64,000 bases of DNA, taken from the NCBI RefSeq assembly GCF_000143415.4, contig NW_003314295.1, forward strand, positions 310,001 through 374,000, written 5' to 3'. The translations under genes and the position numbers were made by a program. Positions 12,086 to 28,395 of this stretch are shown here, one piece after another. Origin of the DNA: Selaginella moellendorffii (Eukaryota > Plantae > Lycopodiophyta). The notes under the pieces are model-generated. The model worked only from the letters and a program-made list of their open reading frames with translations, did no database searches and was not told the origin of the DNA. Every line of letters begins with the position of its first letter. Position 1 is the first letter of the stretch.

Positions 12086-15000
12086 TCACCTGGTCTGGAA
12101 ATTCAGCACCTTGATGCAGAATGCGAACATGGCCGCAAAGAAGATGCTGAATCCCATTACCACGCCTGCTATGACTCCCAGGAAATCGTAGTGGAAGCCG
12201 AAGTACTCCTCCAAGAACACATTCACCGGTTTAACTTCACCACCGGGTAGTAGCAAGTCCTTCGTCACGTCTCCGTATTGCGAGGTGAAGAGGCCGTTCA
12301 CGGTCCAGGCAACGGGACATATCCAGTAGTACCACGTCCACCACTTCGGAATTTTCTGGAAGAAGAATAATGTCACGGGTTCCTCGAGCAAGCCTATCGG
12401 AAAGAACTTACAGGATAAGGGATGAGGAAGCCGGCAAAGAGGTTGAAAAGCGAGTAGAAAGCCGAGCTGAGGATGGCTGCAACTTGATGGTTTGGAGTCA
12501 TGGACACGGACATGAGCCCGTAGTACGTGAAGTACATGAAAGTGAAGAACGTAAAGAAGAGGTACCAGAAGAACTTTGCAGGGCTCCACTCGAACGACAT
12601 CATGGAATATATGATGGGGCAGTAGATCAAGCTCTGGACGGCGAGGTAAGGGATTTCGATCAAAACCTGGAAGCAGAAGCTATGTTTCAGCAGCTAAACA
12701 TGTAACACCAATTACCTGTGCCATTGCGTATGGCAGTGCGGAGTACATTCCAGCCGCTCGCTCTCGGTAGAATACGGTTCTCTCCGTGGAAACCACAGGC
12801 TGAACTGTGGAGCAATTCTGTACTCCGAGGACAATAACGGCGCCATACATTGCTCCCATCACTGTGAAAAGGTCTCCTTGAGCACCTCTGTGGACAAAAA
12901 AGAAAAGGTGCGGTTTTAGTATCTCTTCTAGTGAACAAACACTGACGTTTTCTCTCCACGTTTCCAGAAAATGCTACCATAGAGCAGGGCAGCAATCAGA
13001 GTGAAGATTAAACGGACGCAGTTGTAATCCGGGCTTCTCCAGTAAGTCCAGTACTGCTTCCACAAGCAGGATTTTAGCTGCCCGAACAATGACTGCGTGT
13101 ACTTCGTTGGAAAATACAAGTCCGCATCTTCCGGTTTGGGCGAGCTCAGCTCCTTGACGAGAGATTTGTTTCTCCTGTACAAACGACCATAAGAATCTAG
13201 CTATCAATATTTTTATACGTACTGATAAAGTTCTGACTTGATATATATATCTGCAAAGTCAACTCCTAGGCGTTGTTCGGATGGAAGAGATGTTACTTCC
13301 AGCATCCAAGTAGCAGGGTTGTACCTGTGAGGAATTTTTGGAACTCCGGGAATAGCCTGAATGAAAAAAGGAAAAAGAACGTTTAGCGCCATAGCCAGGC
13401 TTGGCATTACCTCGAAGTACTCGATCAATTTTTGGGAATCTTTCCCAAGCGGACCGGCGTAGATGACTTGACCTCCTCTTTTTAACAGGAGCAGCTGGAT
13501 GCAAAATCTAAAGATCAACACCGCAGGAAAAAAGAAAGGGGAGAACACACCTCGTCAAATGCCTCAAAAATGTCTATGCTGGGCTGATGTATGGTGCATA
13601 CCACTGTTCGGCCTGTATCCACCGTATTTCGAACAGTTCTCATCACAATAGCAGCAGCCCTTGCGTCCAGTCCAGATGTTGGCTCGTCCATGAATATAAT
13701 TGACGGATTTGCGACAAGCTCAACAGCAATGGTTAGCCGCTTTCTCTGCTCAGTTGAAAGACCAGAGACACCAGGTAGACCGACGATGCTATTTCGTAAG
13801 TTGTCGAGCTCGACAAGCTCCATCACCTCTTCAACAAAGCTCTGCAAGAAAAGGCAATAGTCGACTTAAAACGCAATTGGAAGGAAATTTTCTGACCCAC
13901 CATTTTGTCTTCGGAACTGATGTTCGGTGCCAATCTTAGCCATGCAGAAAACAGCAAGGACTCGTGAACTGTGACCTGAGGAGAATGAATATCATTCTGC
14001 TCACAATATCCAGAAATACGGGCAAAGGTCTCTTGATTTTTTGGAAAGCCGGAAATCTTGATGTCTCCGTCTATGTAGCCACCTGTTTTCCGTCCGGCTA
14101 GAACGTCCATGAGAGTCGTCTTTCCAGCACCACTTACGCCCATCAAAGTTGTCAACACGCCGGGACGAAAGGAACCTGTTATATCCTTTAGAAGACGCAG
14201 CTTATCATCGGTTATGCCCTGCTCTTTCATTTCCTGCATTTCAACAATCACTGGGATGGTTTCTAGTACAATATGGCAGACTCACCACAGGCATATCGAT
14301 GGAATAGCTAATCTCACTGAAAGAAATTGACAGCGCTTTAAATGGAAGTCTCATGCCACGTTTCGGCATTAAGCCTCTGGCATCTTCCAAATCCACGTCG
14401 TTGCCGTTTGGAAGATTTTGAGGATAAGTAATATCGAGAGCTGCGTTAGTTTAGCATAATTTGCGTCAGTGGAAAAAGCAAGGAAGAAAATTCTTACCGA
14501 CTCTGTTGCCATCAAAACTTGAAAGAGAACGAGAGGATGAACGTGAACTTGCTAACGGTTTTGCGACGCCTGAATCTTGGATTTCCTGACTTGCTTCAAT
14601 TTCCGCTAATGTCTCATGCGACCGTGCAACCTGATGCTTACCCAAAGCTACAAAATGAAAAACAATTGTTAGTGGCAGATAAACAAGTCAAAAGCAGAAC
14701 TTACGATTTAAATACGTAAGCGCCAAAGTAAATAAAACGTTGAAGAGACACATAAAACCAACCATAGCTCCAACACCAATCCAATACCAATATCCTCTCG
14801 CAAAGAAACCACGCTCTTTTAGAACAGTGGCACCAATGGTGGAAGTTCCATTGAAAGGCTGCACGAAAACTGACTTTTAAGTCATCACTTTTATCTTTAC
14901 TAACCTTATCCCAGCGAGGAGAAAGCATCTCGTTTACAGAAATGGCATTTTCAGCATACGGGAGTGGGTTCATCCAATATCCCCAAATCCACCAGTTGGG

Positions 15001-17642
15001 AATATGATCTGAAATAACTTGCAACTGTTAAGGCAGAATCAAAAACATAAAAAAGGTACACTCGCCTCGGGGAATCAAAAACCCACTTAAAACCACAAAT
15101 AGAAGAATAAGCAACGAGCCCCCAGTATTTGCAACGACCATAGTTCGGCAGACACCGGCAATAAGCCGGAAAAGCGATGAGGACATCTGGTTTACAAGAA
15201 GCATCAGTAAAACATGTCGAAAAAACTTTCCCGCTGCTGGTGAATATCCAATCACGTAGTACGTTATACACGTCCAAACGGAAACTTCGACGAGTGACAG
15301 AGGCAGCCGGAGCACGAATTGTGGTAAACTGACTGCCCATGCCGGATAAAACAGCAAATCTCTCTGTTTAAAGAAGACAGGTAGCCGAAGAATGGTCATC
15401 GGTAGTTCTGACATGCCGTTGAACATAACCGCGAGCAGTCCATAAAACAAGGCCCCCAAATAAACAGTTGCATTATCGATGGTATCACCTTTTAGTTCCG
15501 TCCTTAAGAAGACAGTCGAAGTGATACAAGCCACAAAAACTATCTGTGAGAGAAGAACAGACATAAAGCACCACTAAACAAAATTGCGGACCAACTCACC
15601 TGTATAGTTTTAACGATATGGACAAAAGAGTGTCGTTTCATAAGTAGCCACTCCCTTTGGAAGGATATTTTGAACATCTCTGTCTTGCTGATAGAGTACT
15701 TTTCGTGAACTAACGCAGCTGGATGGCACTTCGACCTGTCAAAGGAGCAAGATAACTCTTCGGCAAGCTTCTGTCCAACGTGAAATTTCTTAAAACGTTC
15801 AGAAAACTCTTTTACTGTGATGTAGCGGTAAGGCACTTGCTTATCGGCCCAGTACTGTGCCTGATCCTTCCTGGATGTTACCTATCATGCGACGAGATAG
15901 AAGTTAACACCTTGAGAAAGAAACGCGGTGAGAGCTTACCTCTTGCAGAAAATCAGCCGTATCCTTGCGTTCGGGACATTTGAACCCGCATTCTTCAAAG
16001 AACTCTATGACGTACTCTCGAGGCCCGTGGTAGACCACCTGTCCTTCAGATAGTAAAAGGACGTCGTCGAACAAGTTGTACGTCTCTGGAGCCGGTTGCA
16101 GAAGAGACATGAATAGAGTTCCCTCGAGCACATGAACAAACTGCTGCATGCATTTTACAATCTGGAACGTTGTCGAGCTATCAAGGCCTGTCGAAATCTC
16201 GTCCATGAACAACGTCTTCGTCGGGCCAACAATCATCTCTCCTGTAGTCACACGCTTCTTTTGTCCTCCTGAGATTCCTCTTCTCAGCTGATCGCCAACT
16301 ATAGTGTCCGCACACACGTCCAAGCTCAAAATCTACAAATCACAAACAGCAACGAAATCATATATTTGTAGCAAGTAGTCACTGTACCCTGAGTGTGTAA
16401 TCCGTCAGGATGCTGCTCTGAACTTTTTCCACTGCCGAGGCCTGCAAGAAGGAAATAGTAAACGAAAACTTAACTTCACAGGGACTCTTACTTTCATGTA
16501 GAGATCAATGTCGGGTTCTGGGACTATAGTCCTTTCCTTCTCACGCCTTATAAGTTCTGACAGGAGTTCTAGTTGGGAAGAGATTAACGCTTGTTGGACG
16601 TAAAAGGAGCTTACCATATCTTGTTCCGACGCCCTGAAAGCGTGCAGAAAACTCAAGCGTTTCCCTCACAGTCATCTCCCCATTGTGCAAGTCATGTTGG
16701 CTAATATAAGCAGAGGTCTTCTGCGGCACGAATTCTTGCAACTCGTGACCATTGTATGTGATTTTCCCGCTCGTCTATAAAATAGTTGCGACTGTCAGTG
16801 GACGTTCCTACTATAGATTACCTTAAGAGCAGGATCCAATCTTCCGGCCAAAGCAAGAAGAAGAGTTGTTTTGCCGGAGCTTGGTGGACCAAGCAAAAGC
16901 GTCATCCTTCACAAGGAAACACACTCAGCTAGATCATTGCAAGCACTTGAAACCTACCTTCCAGGTTTGATAATGCCGCTGACATCTTGGAGTATGGTTA
17001 GGTTCGATTCTTTCGTCCTTGAAATCTTAAGAAAATCAATGGCCGCCTACACATGTCTCATGTCAAAAATGAAAAATCGGGTACCTGGACTCACCTCTAG
17101 CATGTTCACAGCCGTGTTGTAAAGGGTAGGCAGCGCTCTGTTGCCAACGTAGCACTTAGCTTCCACTGTCAAATTCTCGTATCTCACTTCAACTGCTGGA
17201 ACATCGATCCCGACTCTGAAATGGCTCGATCAGTACAACCAGTGTCAACCACAGCAAGTAAAGATAGGACTCACTTATTGATCCTGTGCCTCAGCCTTTT
17301 GAGAAAAATCTCGTTGTCTTCTCCGGTCATTTGCACCAGCTTGTCTAAAAGGGCCTGACGCTCCGCGGGTCCTAACTTCCGAACGTCCACCTGCTGAAGA
17401 ACGTCCTGGCCCTCTGTATTCAAGCTCTTGAGCACTGAAGTTCTCAGGCGGTCGTATGTCCCGAGCTTCTCCAGAGCAGCCCATGTCAGAGCTTCTTCGT
17501 CGTTCTCCGCCGATAATGTTTGAGCCCTCGACGAGCTCCTCCTGCTACTAAAGTTGCGTATGCTCGGCCGCCTGCTCAAGCTTCTTGTCAGCCCAGACGC
17601 CCAAACATCCGCCGCTTCCAGATCAACTGTTTGCTGAGCCAT
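12086..17642 (-). CDS. Full-size ABCG (PDR) transporter, second paralog
   Basis: [78 protein letters not shown]-terminus LNFQTR*. Confidence 0.95.
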
Positions 17643-18374
17643 CGCTTCGCAAACTCACGAGCTCAATCCTCGGCCTTCTCGGCCTAAAAATATACCGGTG
17701 TATGTTGCGAACTATCCGCAGAAAATCATATTTTTTTTGTCCTCTTTTCTTGTCCGTTCTCTCCTTGTTCTGTCTAGATGAAAGGGTGTTAGCTCTAGAA
17801 CTTACGAAAGAGAGAACGCTACCTCCTCTGACAGAAATTTTCTCTATTCTTTGACTCTTGCCAAGCTTGCCGGATTTGTTTGGCGTGTTGTCTTAAAGCG
17901 CGTTCCCTCAATTATTAGACACCCGGCTCTTTGGATGACACCTGAAGATCCGCAAAGTCAACAAGATGCTGGCACTGGTGGAAGGAAGCTTCAAACGATC
18001 CTGTTTCCAGAAGATCTCCCAAGACTTGCGCTGATGCTGGCGAAACGCCTGTGGCATCAATGTAACAAGGAAATTATTCAACTGGGAAGGAGATTCCTAC
18101 CTCGCGACGATCAACGGCCCAATCCACAGCTCAGAATCGACCAGCATTTGCCCCATCCCTGCCGCGGCGAGCTCCATCGATCTATAAACCCTAGCGCACG
18201 TCGAAAATATCCTTGTCAGCAAAGCCATTCAAATTAAGGCGCGAAGGGTTAAGCCCGCGTAGTCGAACCAAAACTGAGCTCGGTTTTCCATAAACCCCTC
18301 TTTAGTGTTGACTTTCATTTTTTTTATAACACAAGTAGACGCGTAGACCACAATTTTATAACACAAGTAGACGG

Positions 18375-19215
18375 TAAACTACAATTTCCATTCGACGGGG
18401 ATGCTTGTCGAGCATAGGTCCCAAGATTGAACAAGATTTTAGCAATGTAAAACAGACATAAAACGAAATTATGCGAAGGAAATTAAAAGCTGACCTCCTC
18501 CTCTGTTGCAAAGCTCACGTCCAATGAGGTACCCGCGCCAGTAGGGGAGTATCCATTTGGTGACAATGTTTGGCATCTACATCCGACCATGCTGTGGTTG
18601 CAAGTAGAGGCGAACCATCTTTATGTGCCAAATCGTACTGCTCCCCTCCATCCAGAAACAAAAGTATCCTTTCCTCCCTGGACTTGAGAAATTTATCCAA
18701 ATCTGCAGGCGAGTCAATACGCCCAATCTACTCAAGAGCATCGGCATCGTCGCTCAAGGAGAACTCGAGTGCAGCCCTGACCTGTGGAACGCGAGGAGAT
18801 TCGGCATTGCAGATGCATATGATCCTCAAGCCAGGAACGTTGACAGCAACAAATACTTTCTTGCAACCAAAGAACCATCCAACAGTACCACTGCCAAAGC
18901 CCGTAGAAAACGAATTTGTTTTCTATAATATCACGGACTTTTTATAAAAAAAATTCTCAGAAATCAAGGCGGACACCTGTGCTATTGATCGTAGGAAACA
19001 GGATTTACCTACGCCTTTTGTTCCTTCCAGGAGAGCTACGTTTCGTTCTCAAGTGCTACGCAGAAGTCCACCATCTTTTCCGCGAAGCTGGGTCTACAAA
19101 TGTAGTCGAACACTCTGGGCTACCTGGGTTTCACCACGTCACCTGGCGATGGATTTATGATCTTTCTGCAAAGCTCGTCGCAGCGATCCTGGATCGTCTT
19201 CTTGACGCTTAAAAT
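18375..19215 (-). pseudogene. Truncated Crinkler-like P-loop NTPase gene, copy 1
   Basis: Reverse strand has LEGTKGVGKSCFL (Walker A) and ILLFLDG (Walker B-like), with an in-frame TAG (ALE*IGRID). Homologous to about 30890-31630 and truncated near 18375. Confidence 0.6.
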
Positions 19216-19585
19216 CCTAACCCTTGTCAAATATAGTATACTAAGTAACTTTAGTTATATCTATAAACCAAAATATTATCAGAGAAGAAGGAAATATGAC
19301 ACCTACGCCCACATTGACACACTCGCTCTCATTTCTCTTGCGCTCAATCTCTTCCTGATCACCAGGATCTTGATCCTGGTGTGGTCTGTGAGCTCGCACC
19401 TTGGGCTCCGGCGTGGAGCTCTACGCTGCATGCTATGATGAGTTAAATTTTTATTTTGACTCTTTTAATCACTACATTTGGAAACTTTAATGGTAGTATG
19501 TACAGCGGTTTTGGATTTGCAAGCATACTATTAGTAGGAATGTGATTTAAACAAACCTGGTCATATGATCAAATGACATCTAGCC

Positions 19586-19628
<43 letters not shown>
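19586..19628. repeat. Compound (CT)n(CA)n microsatellite
   Basis: ctctctct...cacacaca seen directly. Confidence 0.95.
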
Positions 19629-19970
19629 AACCTCGGAGTTGTGCTCGCTTCCATGCTTAGTGATGAACAACAGACCACTTTCAACAAAACGACCAAGACT
19701 AGAGGGACCACAACGATGCATTGCATTCATGTAGATAGAGTCCCATGCTTCCACAAATGATAAACAACATAGCTTTTGTGGTTATTCATTCATTCACTCA
19801 TATACTATTTATAAATTATTTATTCATTTAAAAAAGTTGAAGACATTATACATTTTTAAAGATTGATGCTACGGAACCTATGAGTTGGCAGGACACCTAT
19901 TTGGACAGGCTTAACCGCTTCTCCTTGCAACTAGCATGGCGGCCATTCAAATTAAAAAAGTGGTACACTT

Positions 19971-21795
19971 TCACCAAATAAATCTCTGGGTTCCCGGTTC
20001 GTGAGCCCAGTGGAATGGCTTCCAGAGGAAGAGCCTCATAGTCAGAGCGTTCACTGCCAAAAACTCCATAGCCACGAACCAAAACTTCCAAGAGCTCACT
20101 TGGAGCTTGGCGAAGCTGTGGAGAGCGACCAAGTAAAAGGGCACCGTGAAGTAGCGAAACTCCACCAGCGGAGCTGGGACTAGGACAGCAATCACAGCTC
20201 CGCAAAACGAAACTACCCAGAGCTTTTGGAGGAGAGGGGTCCTCACGCCGGCATCGCGGAGGTTTTCGAGCAACGAATGTATGATCGACCACCAGCAAAA
20301 GATATAGAGCGGTATGAGCAAGTACTTAACGGACCAGTGGGTCTGGATGATGTCCTTCCATATATAAAACGTGTAGTGTCGATTGTCAGCAATTAAGTAC
20401 GGGTGTGCCAAGCTGTGGAAACGCTTTAGTTTGTTAGTAAGAAACACGAGCTTTGGACAAGGTACCTGAAGAAATGGACCGCCACAATCGCGATGCTGGC
20501 AGTAGCAGCACCAGTGAGACATGCGAGCGCTGGAGTTTCTCTGAAAACTTGTCGTAGAGATGAAAACCTGTTTAGCGAGAGTTGCAGCGGTGCCAGCACT
20601 CCCGCGGTAAAAAGAGCGAAGTAGAGTGGCTGAGCAAAGTGTGGAGAAGCTCTGTGCGCGTCCTTTGCACCTACACGTAATGTTTGGAAGTGTTTGATAA
20701 ACCATTTGAACGGTCTTACCGACGACAATGCTGCCATTGTAGACAACGAAAGCCAAAAAGGCAAGGATAACGAGCACGAAAGGCGAAAACTGTCTAGCAG
20801 CAAACCACTTTCTCTGCCACGCATTCAGAATGGCGTCTTGTAAATCGCTGTGCCGACCTGAGTAAAAATGAGAACCAATACACACATGAACTGATAAGCC
20901 ATTTTACCAGTAAAATGCGTCGCGTGCTTTGTCTCAGCTGTTCTTCGTACACGTCTTCTTCTCAGAAACTTTGATTCAGAATATCTTTTGTCAGGAGTTT
21001 TCTCCGTATCATCAACTGCTTCCTCCTCTTTTGAAGACGAAATCCCCTCTTGCAAAAACTGTATCACTCCAACACAGAGACCAAAAACGGTCCAGACAGC
21101 ATTTGTTTGCCGGAACATTATTGCCAAGATAGAAAGCTGCAGCGTAAGAAAGGTTCTTAAGTAAAACTCTGGTATGAAACTTGATATGGATACTGACCGT
21201 AGCGGAAATCCAGTAGGATCTCTTCAAGCATGCCAAGTACATGGCCATCACGGCTGCTGTGGAGCCAACGTCGGTGTAATATAGAAACGTGAAAAACCAA
21301 TGCAAAGGATACAAAGCAAGTACCACGGATTTGAGAAGCAACGCTTTCTCGCTCACTTTCGGGTCGAGATGAAGCAAAATGCTCCGGAACAGACAAACAC
21401 ATACCAGTGACAAAAGTATATTGATGGATCTTAGAGCATTGAGAGTGCATAAATCCATCCCAGGAATCCACGAGACCATAGATTCAAAAACCAGTGATAC
21501 GAGGTATCTGGAAACAAAAACTCGTCACACAGATTTGGAAGGAGCGAGAGAGAATGACGAACTTACAATCCTGGCAGCGTTGTGATCATAGGATCCCAAG
21601 TATAAAAATCCCTTTTGCAGTAGCGCTGAGCTTGCGGGACGTGGAAAATCTCGTCCTGGAGCAAGGTAGAAATTCTCAGTAGCTACATCTCAAAATATAG
21701 TTTACCATGTAAGGATCCGGAACGATGCCATTGACGAGATACGCTACTGGTAGCGCGAATGCGAGCAGTGTCGCGATGAGCACAAGGATCGACAT
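19971..21795 (-). CDS. ALG10: Dol-P-Glc:Glc2Man9GlcNAc2-PP-Dol alpha-1,2-glucosyltransferase
   Basis: [19 protein letters not shown]...[56 protein letters not shown]. Confidence 0.95.
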
Positions 21796-21899
21796 GAGCG
21801 GCGACTCGAGCTAAACTCCAGGCATTCTAGTCTAGAACTTCCATGAACCCTAAAAATGCCAATCTGGGTTTTAATCAAGTGTTACTTACATTTAACATG

Positions 21900-23933
21900 C
21901 TACTCTTCTTCGACTGTTTCAAGTTCTGGCTTACTAGCAAACCATTCTTCGTCACCAAATAGTTGATGAAAAACCTGGCAGAAAAACGAGCTAAGTGAGC
22001 GAGCACTCGCAAGTAAATCCTTTACCTTCTCGGTGTATTCCACGACACTTTCATACCCAGCCTCCGGACCTGGTTGAGCGCATACTCCAATACGATTGTC
22101 TATCACCTATCGCAGAAGTTAGATCATGCTAGGAAAGCTTTGGCAAGGACGGTACCTGTGAGCTTGTGCTATGAAGTTTTTCGGTGAAGAATCCGGACCA
22201 GAGAAGCTTTGGTTTGCAGAGGTCGGGCTCGAGGATGCTGGTTAAATCCTCTTCGCTTCCGGACTGAAAAAGAAGAAGTTTTACGACTCCATCCAACGCA
22301 GCCTTCGCAACAGAGCCACTTCCGGCAACTGTAGAGATTTGAATGACATATCTGCATGGCGACGACGTTAAAAAACACTTCCATGGATTCAAGCAGAGAA
22401 CTTACTTTCCATCCGGGCAAACGGCAGTACTGCCTAGTTGTAAGACTCTCACTGGATTTGGATTACATTCCCCGCTTACAGCTACACATCGTGCCGGGAA
22501 ACTAGAACCGAAAGGCAAGAAAAAGAATGAACTTACATCGTGGTGGAAATATCAGCAGAAGGTTGCTCTTTCCGGAAAGCAAGGATGCATCGGTTATACA
22601 GACGTATCTCCCCAGAAGCAGACTCGGGGTCTTGCTATCTGGCCGCTGCATTTCCTCGACTAAACGACTTCCCCATTTGTTGAAGGATGCACCAAGTACT
22701 ATCTTGTCACTGTAGAGAAGTTGTCCGGATTGAGCACGTATGCCTTTGAATTGCTTTGTTTCCTACAATCCCAGAATCAATGAAAGAGACGAATGGAAAA
22801 CTTACACATACCTTATCCCGAATAACAGAGGTGACGGGCATCCGCAACACCTACAAGAGAGCAGCATGATATCCGGAAGAGATCATAGGAAAATAACAAG
22901 ATCACGTACGTACAATGCTCCATGAACAGCGGCCACTCGACAGAATGCTTGAGGTATTTCAGCTTGCCCATAAAGGGTGTATAGAAAAGCACCATTGTTA
23001 TCAAATCTGCGGAGAGAACATCAACACCACCGCTGGGACGAAAAATTCCGGAAAAACTACCTTCCAATCGAAGCCATATGAAGCTTTAACAGTTGCAAGC
23101 CCTCCAGTGCCGAGACAGGAGAGCTACTTGTTTTCTGGTCCTCGTCAAGTAGCGCAACAGCATACAAAATGATTCTGGAAAGAGAGAAACGAAGAAGAAG
23201 AAAGTTAGAAATCATTTTTCCAGCCAAGAACTTCAAAGAAAAGAAAGCACCACGATTGAATCGACTGTGGAAGCTGCTCCCTCTCCAGGAGCTCCACGAA
23301 TGACACCTTCAAGTTCTCATCGGAGAAACCAGCACCGTCTCCCTCCTGAGAGATGTAAGCCCGGACAGACTTTAGAAACCGCATGAGACGCCTCTTGTCA
23401 CGCAAGGCCAAGGATCGGTCCTGGAAGAGCTCGGAGCTGGAAGTTGGCGCGGAGATAAAACCATCTCCACTCCAAATGTATGTCGCCTGGACGCCTTTAA
23501 ACTCGAGATAGTTGCTAGCTCCACACTTGATCAAGAGATCCACCAGAGACTCCGCGCAGCGTAGAACTTTTGGAGCTGCGATGTCGAGCGTGTAGCCTCT
23601 GGAAGAGCCCAGAGCTGCCGCCGATCCCTCGAATTCACAGACTTTGCCATCAGAGTAGAGGAATTCGTCTCGCAGGAGCTCGGATTCCTCCAAACCGAGA
23701 GCATCCAGCTCGGCCGAGGAGTCCACTGCGGCCGCGCCATTGCAAGCGCCGAGCGATGCTATGAACGAGGAGAGCTGATCCAGGGTCATGGATGCCCATT
23801 CCGATCCGTAGAACTCGTTGGAATCGAGGTGAAGTACCTTGCGCCCGCCGCAAGCCGCCGCGGCAGCTAGGATCGACTCTGGCAGCCCCGTTCCAACCAC
23901 GATTGCGTCGAAGCGATCCGGATCGATGTCCAT
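21900..23933 (-). CDS. REP: Rab escort protein (GDI/REP family)
   Basis: FDAIVVGTGLPESILAAA...VLHLDSNEFYGSEW, YLEFK, ELFQDRSLALRDKRRLMRF, YPLYGQAEIPQAFCRVAAVHG. Confidence 0.9.
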
Positions 23934-24018
23934 TTTTCCAGCCAAGAGTTTGCGAAGAACCCTAACCCTATTATTGGCGCGCTCTTCCTCTTCTTCCACC
24001 GGGGGAAGAAAGACGGTC

Positions 24019-25276
24019 ATGAATCTCTTCAGGAAGAAAACCGATCCGAAAGGTGAGAGCCACGATCCTCCCAACCTAGCTCTGTCAAGCGATTCACAGC
24101 GCCTTCCAATCTATAGATGCTCTTCGAGCCAGCAAACGCGAGATGGGAGTTGCGACTAGAGGTTTTTATTTGGGATTTTCTTCTTCGTTTGCTAGAAAAA
24201 TTGGATTTTTTTTGCAGGAATCGAGAGAGAAATAATGACTCTACAATCAGAGGTGAGTGATTTTAGTTTTTAGTTCTTGGTTCTTAGTTCTTAGTTTGGA
24301 CTTATTTTTTGCCTTCCAGGAGAAGAGACTGCTTGCCGAGATTAAGAAAACAGCCAAGACTGGTAACAAGGTGAGAGGTGTTTTTTCGTTGTTTGTTTTC
24401 TCGAGCTAGATAGATGTTGTTTCAGAGCGCAACGACGATCTTGGCAAGGCAATTGATCAGATTGCGGCAGCAAATTGGAAAGCTCCAGGGCAGTCGAGCT
24501 CAAGTGCGAGGTGTGGCAACCCATACCCAGGTTCTGTCACTGATTTTTCTTTTCGCCCCTCTCTTTTGTTTTGAACTCGAAGGGAGTTTTTCTAGCTCCA
24601 TGCCTCTGATGCTGCTTCAGTGTTGTTGTCTAGGCGATGTATGCGAATACGTCTGTTGCTGGTGCTATGAAAGGAGCCACTAAGGCAATGGGCGCAATGA
24701 ACAAAGTGAGATTTTTTCGGCTTTGTTTTACTTGACTTCGCTTACAACGATCTTGCAGCAAATGCAACCTCAGCAACAAGTTAAAACCATGCAGGAGTTT
24801 CAGAAACAATCCACACAAATGGATTTGACAGTAAGTTTTCACGTTTCGATTCTCGCTGAAGTATCATCGATGTTGATGCCAGTCTGAGATGCTGGCCGAT
24901 GCTATCGATGGCGCTTTGGACGACGAAGAGGCCGAGGACGAAACTGAGGAGCTCACAAACCAAGTAACGTAAAAGCTATCTATTAGAATTTTGATTTAGC
25001 TCTTCCTTTCAGGTTCTAGACGAAATTGGTATTGATATCGCTGCCAAGGTACTGATAATTTACACTCCCAACTCTTTGGATTGTTAACTGATTTTATGCT
25101 TTTGGTTTCCAATATTTAGTTGACAGCACCTCCCAAAGGAAGAATTGCAGGAAAATCGGGAGCTGAAGAAATCAAAAGGTAAAATAATCTATGTTGTATT
25201 GATCATCCTTTCGCTTTTTTTCAGTTCTGAAATGGATAACTTGGAGGACCGATTAGCAGCTCTTCGCAATACTTAA
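24019..25276 (+). CDS. VPS2: ESCRT-III subunit VPS2/CHMP2, about 11 short exons
   Basis: MNLFRKKTDPK...ARQLIRLRQQ...AQVRGVATHTQ/AMYANTSVAGAMKGATKAM...EFQKQS...ETEELTNQ/VLDEIGID...LEDRLAALRNT*. Confidence 0.9.
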
Positions 25277-25324
25277 TTGCCGTTACATTTAACAAGAATA
25301 AAATCCCTTTAGGAAATCAAAACA

Positions 25325-25336
25325 TGCCACGTGGCA
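25325..25336. promoter_or_regulatory. Palindromic bZIP/G-box site upstream of BiP (possible UPR element)
   Basis: tgccacgtggca about 135 bp upstream of the ATG, with ccattgg at about 25383 and tataaa at about 25431. The UPR role is inference. Confidence 0.4.
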
Positions 25337-25470
25337 ATATTTGATAAGTCGAATAGTGTCACTTCCTCAAGATTAATCTGAGCCATTGGATGTAGGCATA
25401 TTCGAGAAATAAGGGTATTTGCCCGCGTTATATAAACTCAACCGACCCTAAGGTTTCGTCAACTTTGAGG

Positions 25471-27849
<2,379 letters not shown>

Positions 27850-27984
27850 ATCACAAGCAAAGTTGGAGGAAGTTATAGATCTTAAGGGACAATAGTAGTA
27901 TAGAGCACGCAGGAGACTGTATGTTCAAGATAAAATTGTAAAAACAATGGTATATCACGTACCTTAAAAGTATAAACTTAGCGT

Positions 27985-28395
27985 TGCATTGAGCACGCCT
28001 CTCCCTAGAGGTTTCCCATAAGCACGCAAGCAGCATCGTCATCTCAATCCTCGAGCTTCATCAGAGACTGAAAAGCCTTCTCCCCAACCTGTAAGTTGTT
28101 CCACTTGCAAGCTCCACTCAAGACGGTTGTCCATGCCAATTAGCTGTCTTCGCAACGCAAGCTTTGCGCAAGCTCAACTGCCTCTTCGAGACGGTTGGCC
28201 CGGCTCAGAAGATCGACTATGCAGTGATAGTGGTCGATCTCTGGCTTCACGCCAAACTCAGCGAGCATTGAGTCGAAGATCTTCTTCCCCTTGTCAACTA
28301 AGTAGGGCAAGGTGACACTCCCGTGTTTGATCATTGGGAAGCTCGGGGACGAAGGCTTACAACCAAATGGTATCACAGTTCTGTCAGTTCTCATA
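27985..28395 (-). pseudogene. Fragment of the PPR gene at 36087-38318 (3' end plus a small inverted piece)
   Basis: 27985-28300 matches about 36120-36450. 28305-28395 is the reverse complement of about 36470-36563. Confidence 0.85.
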
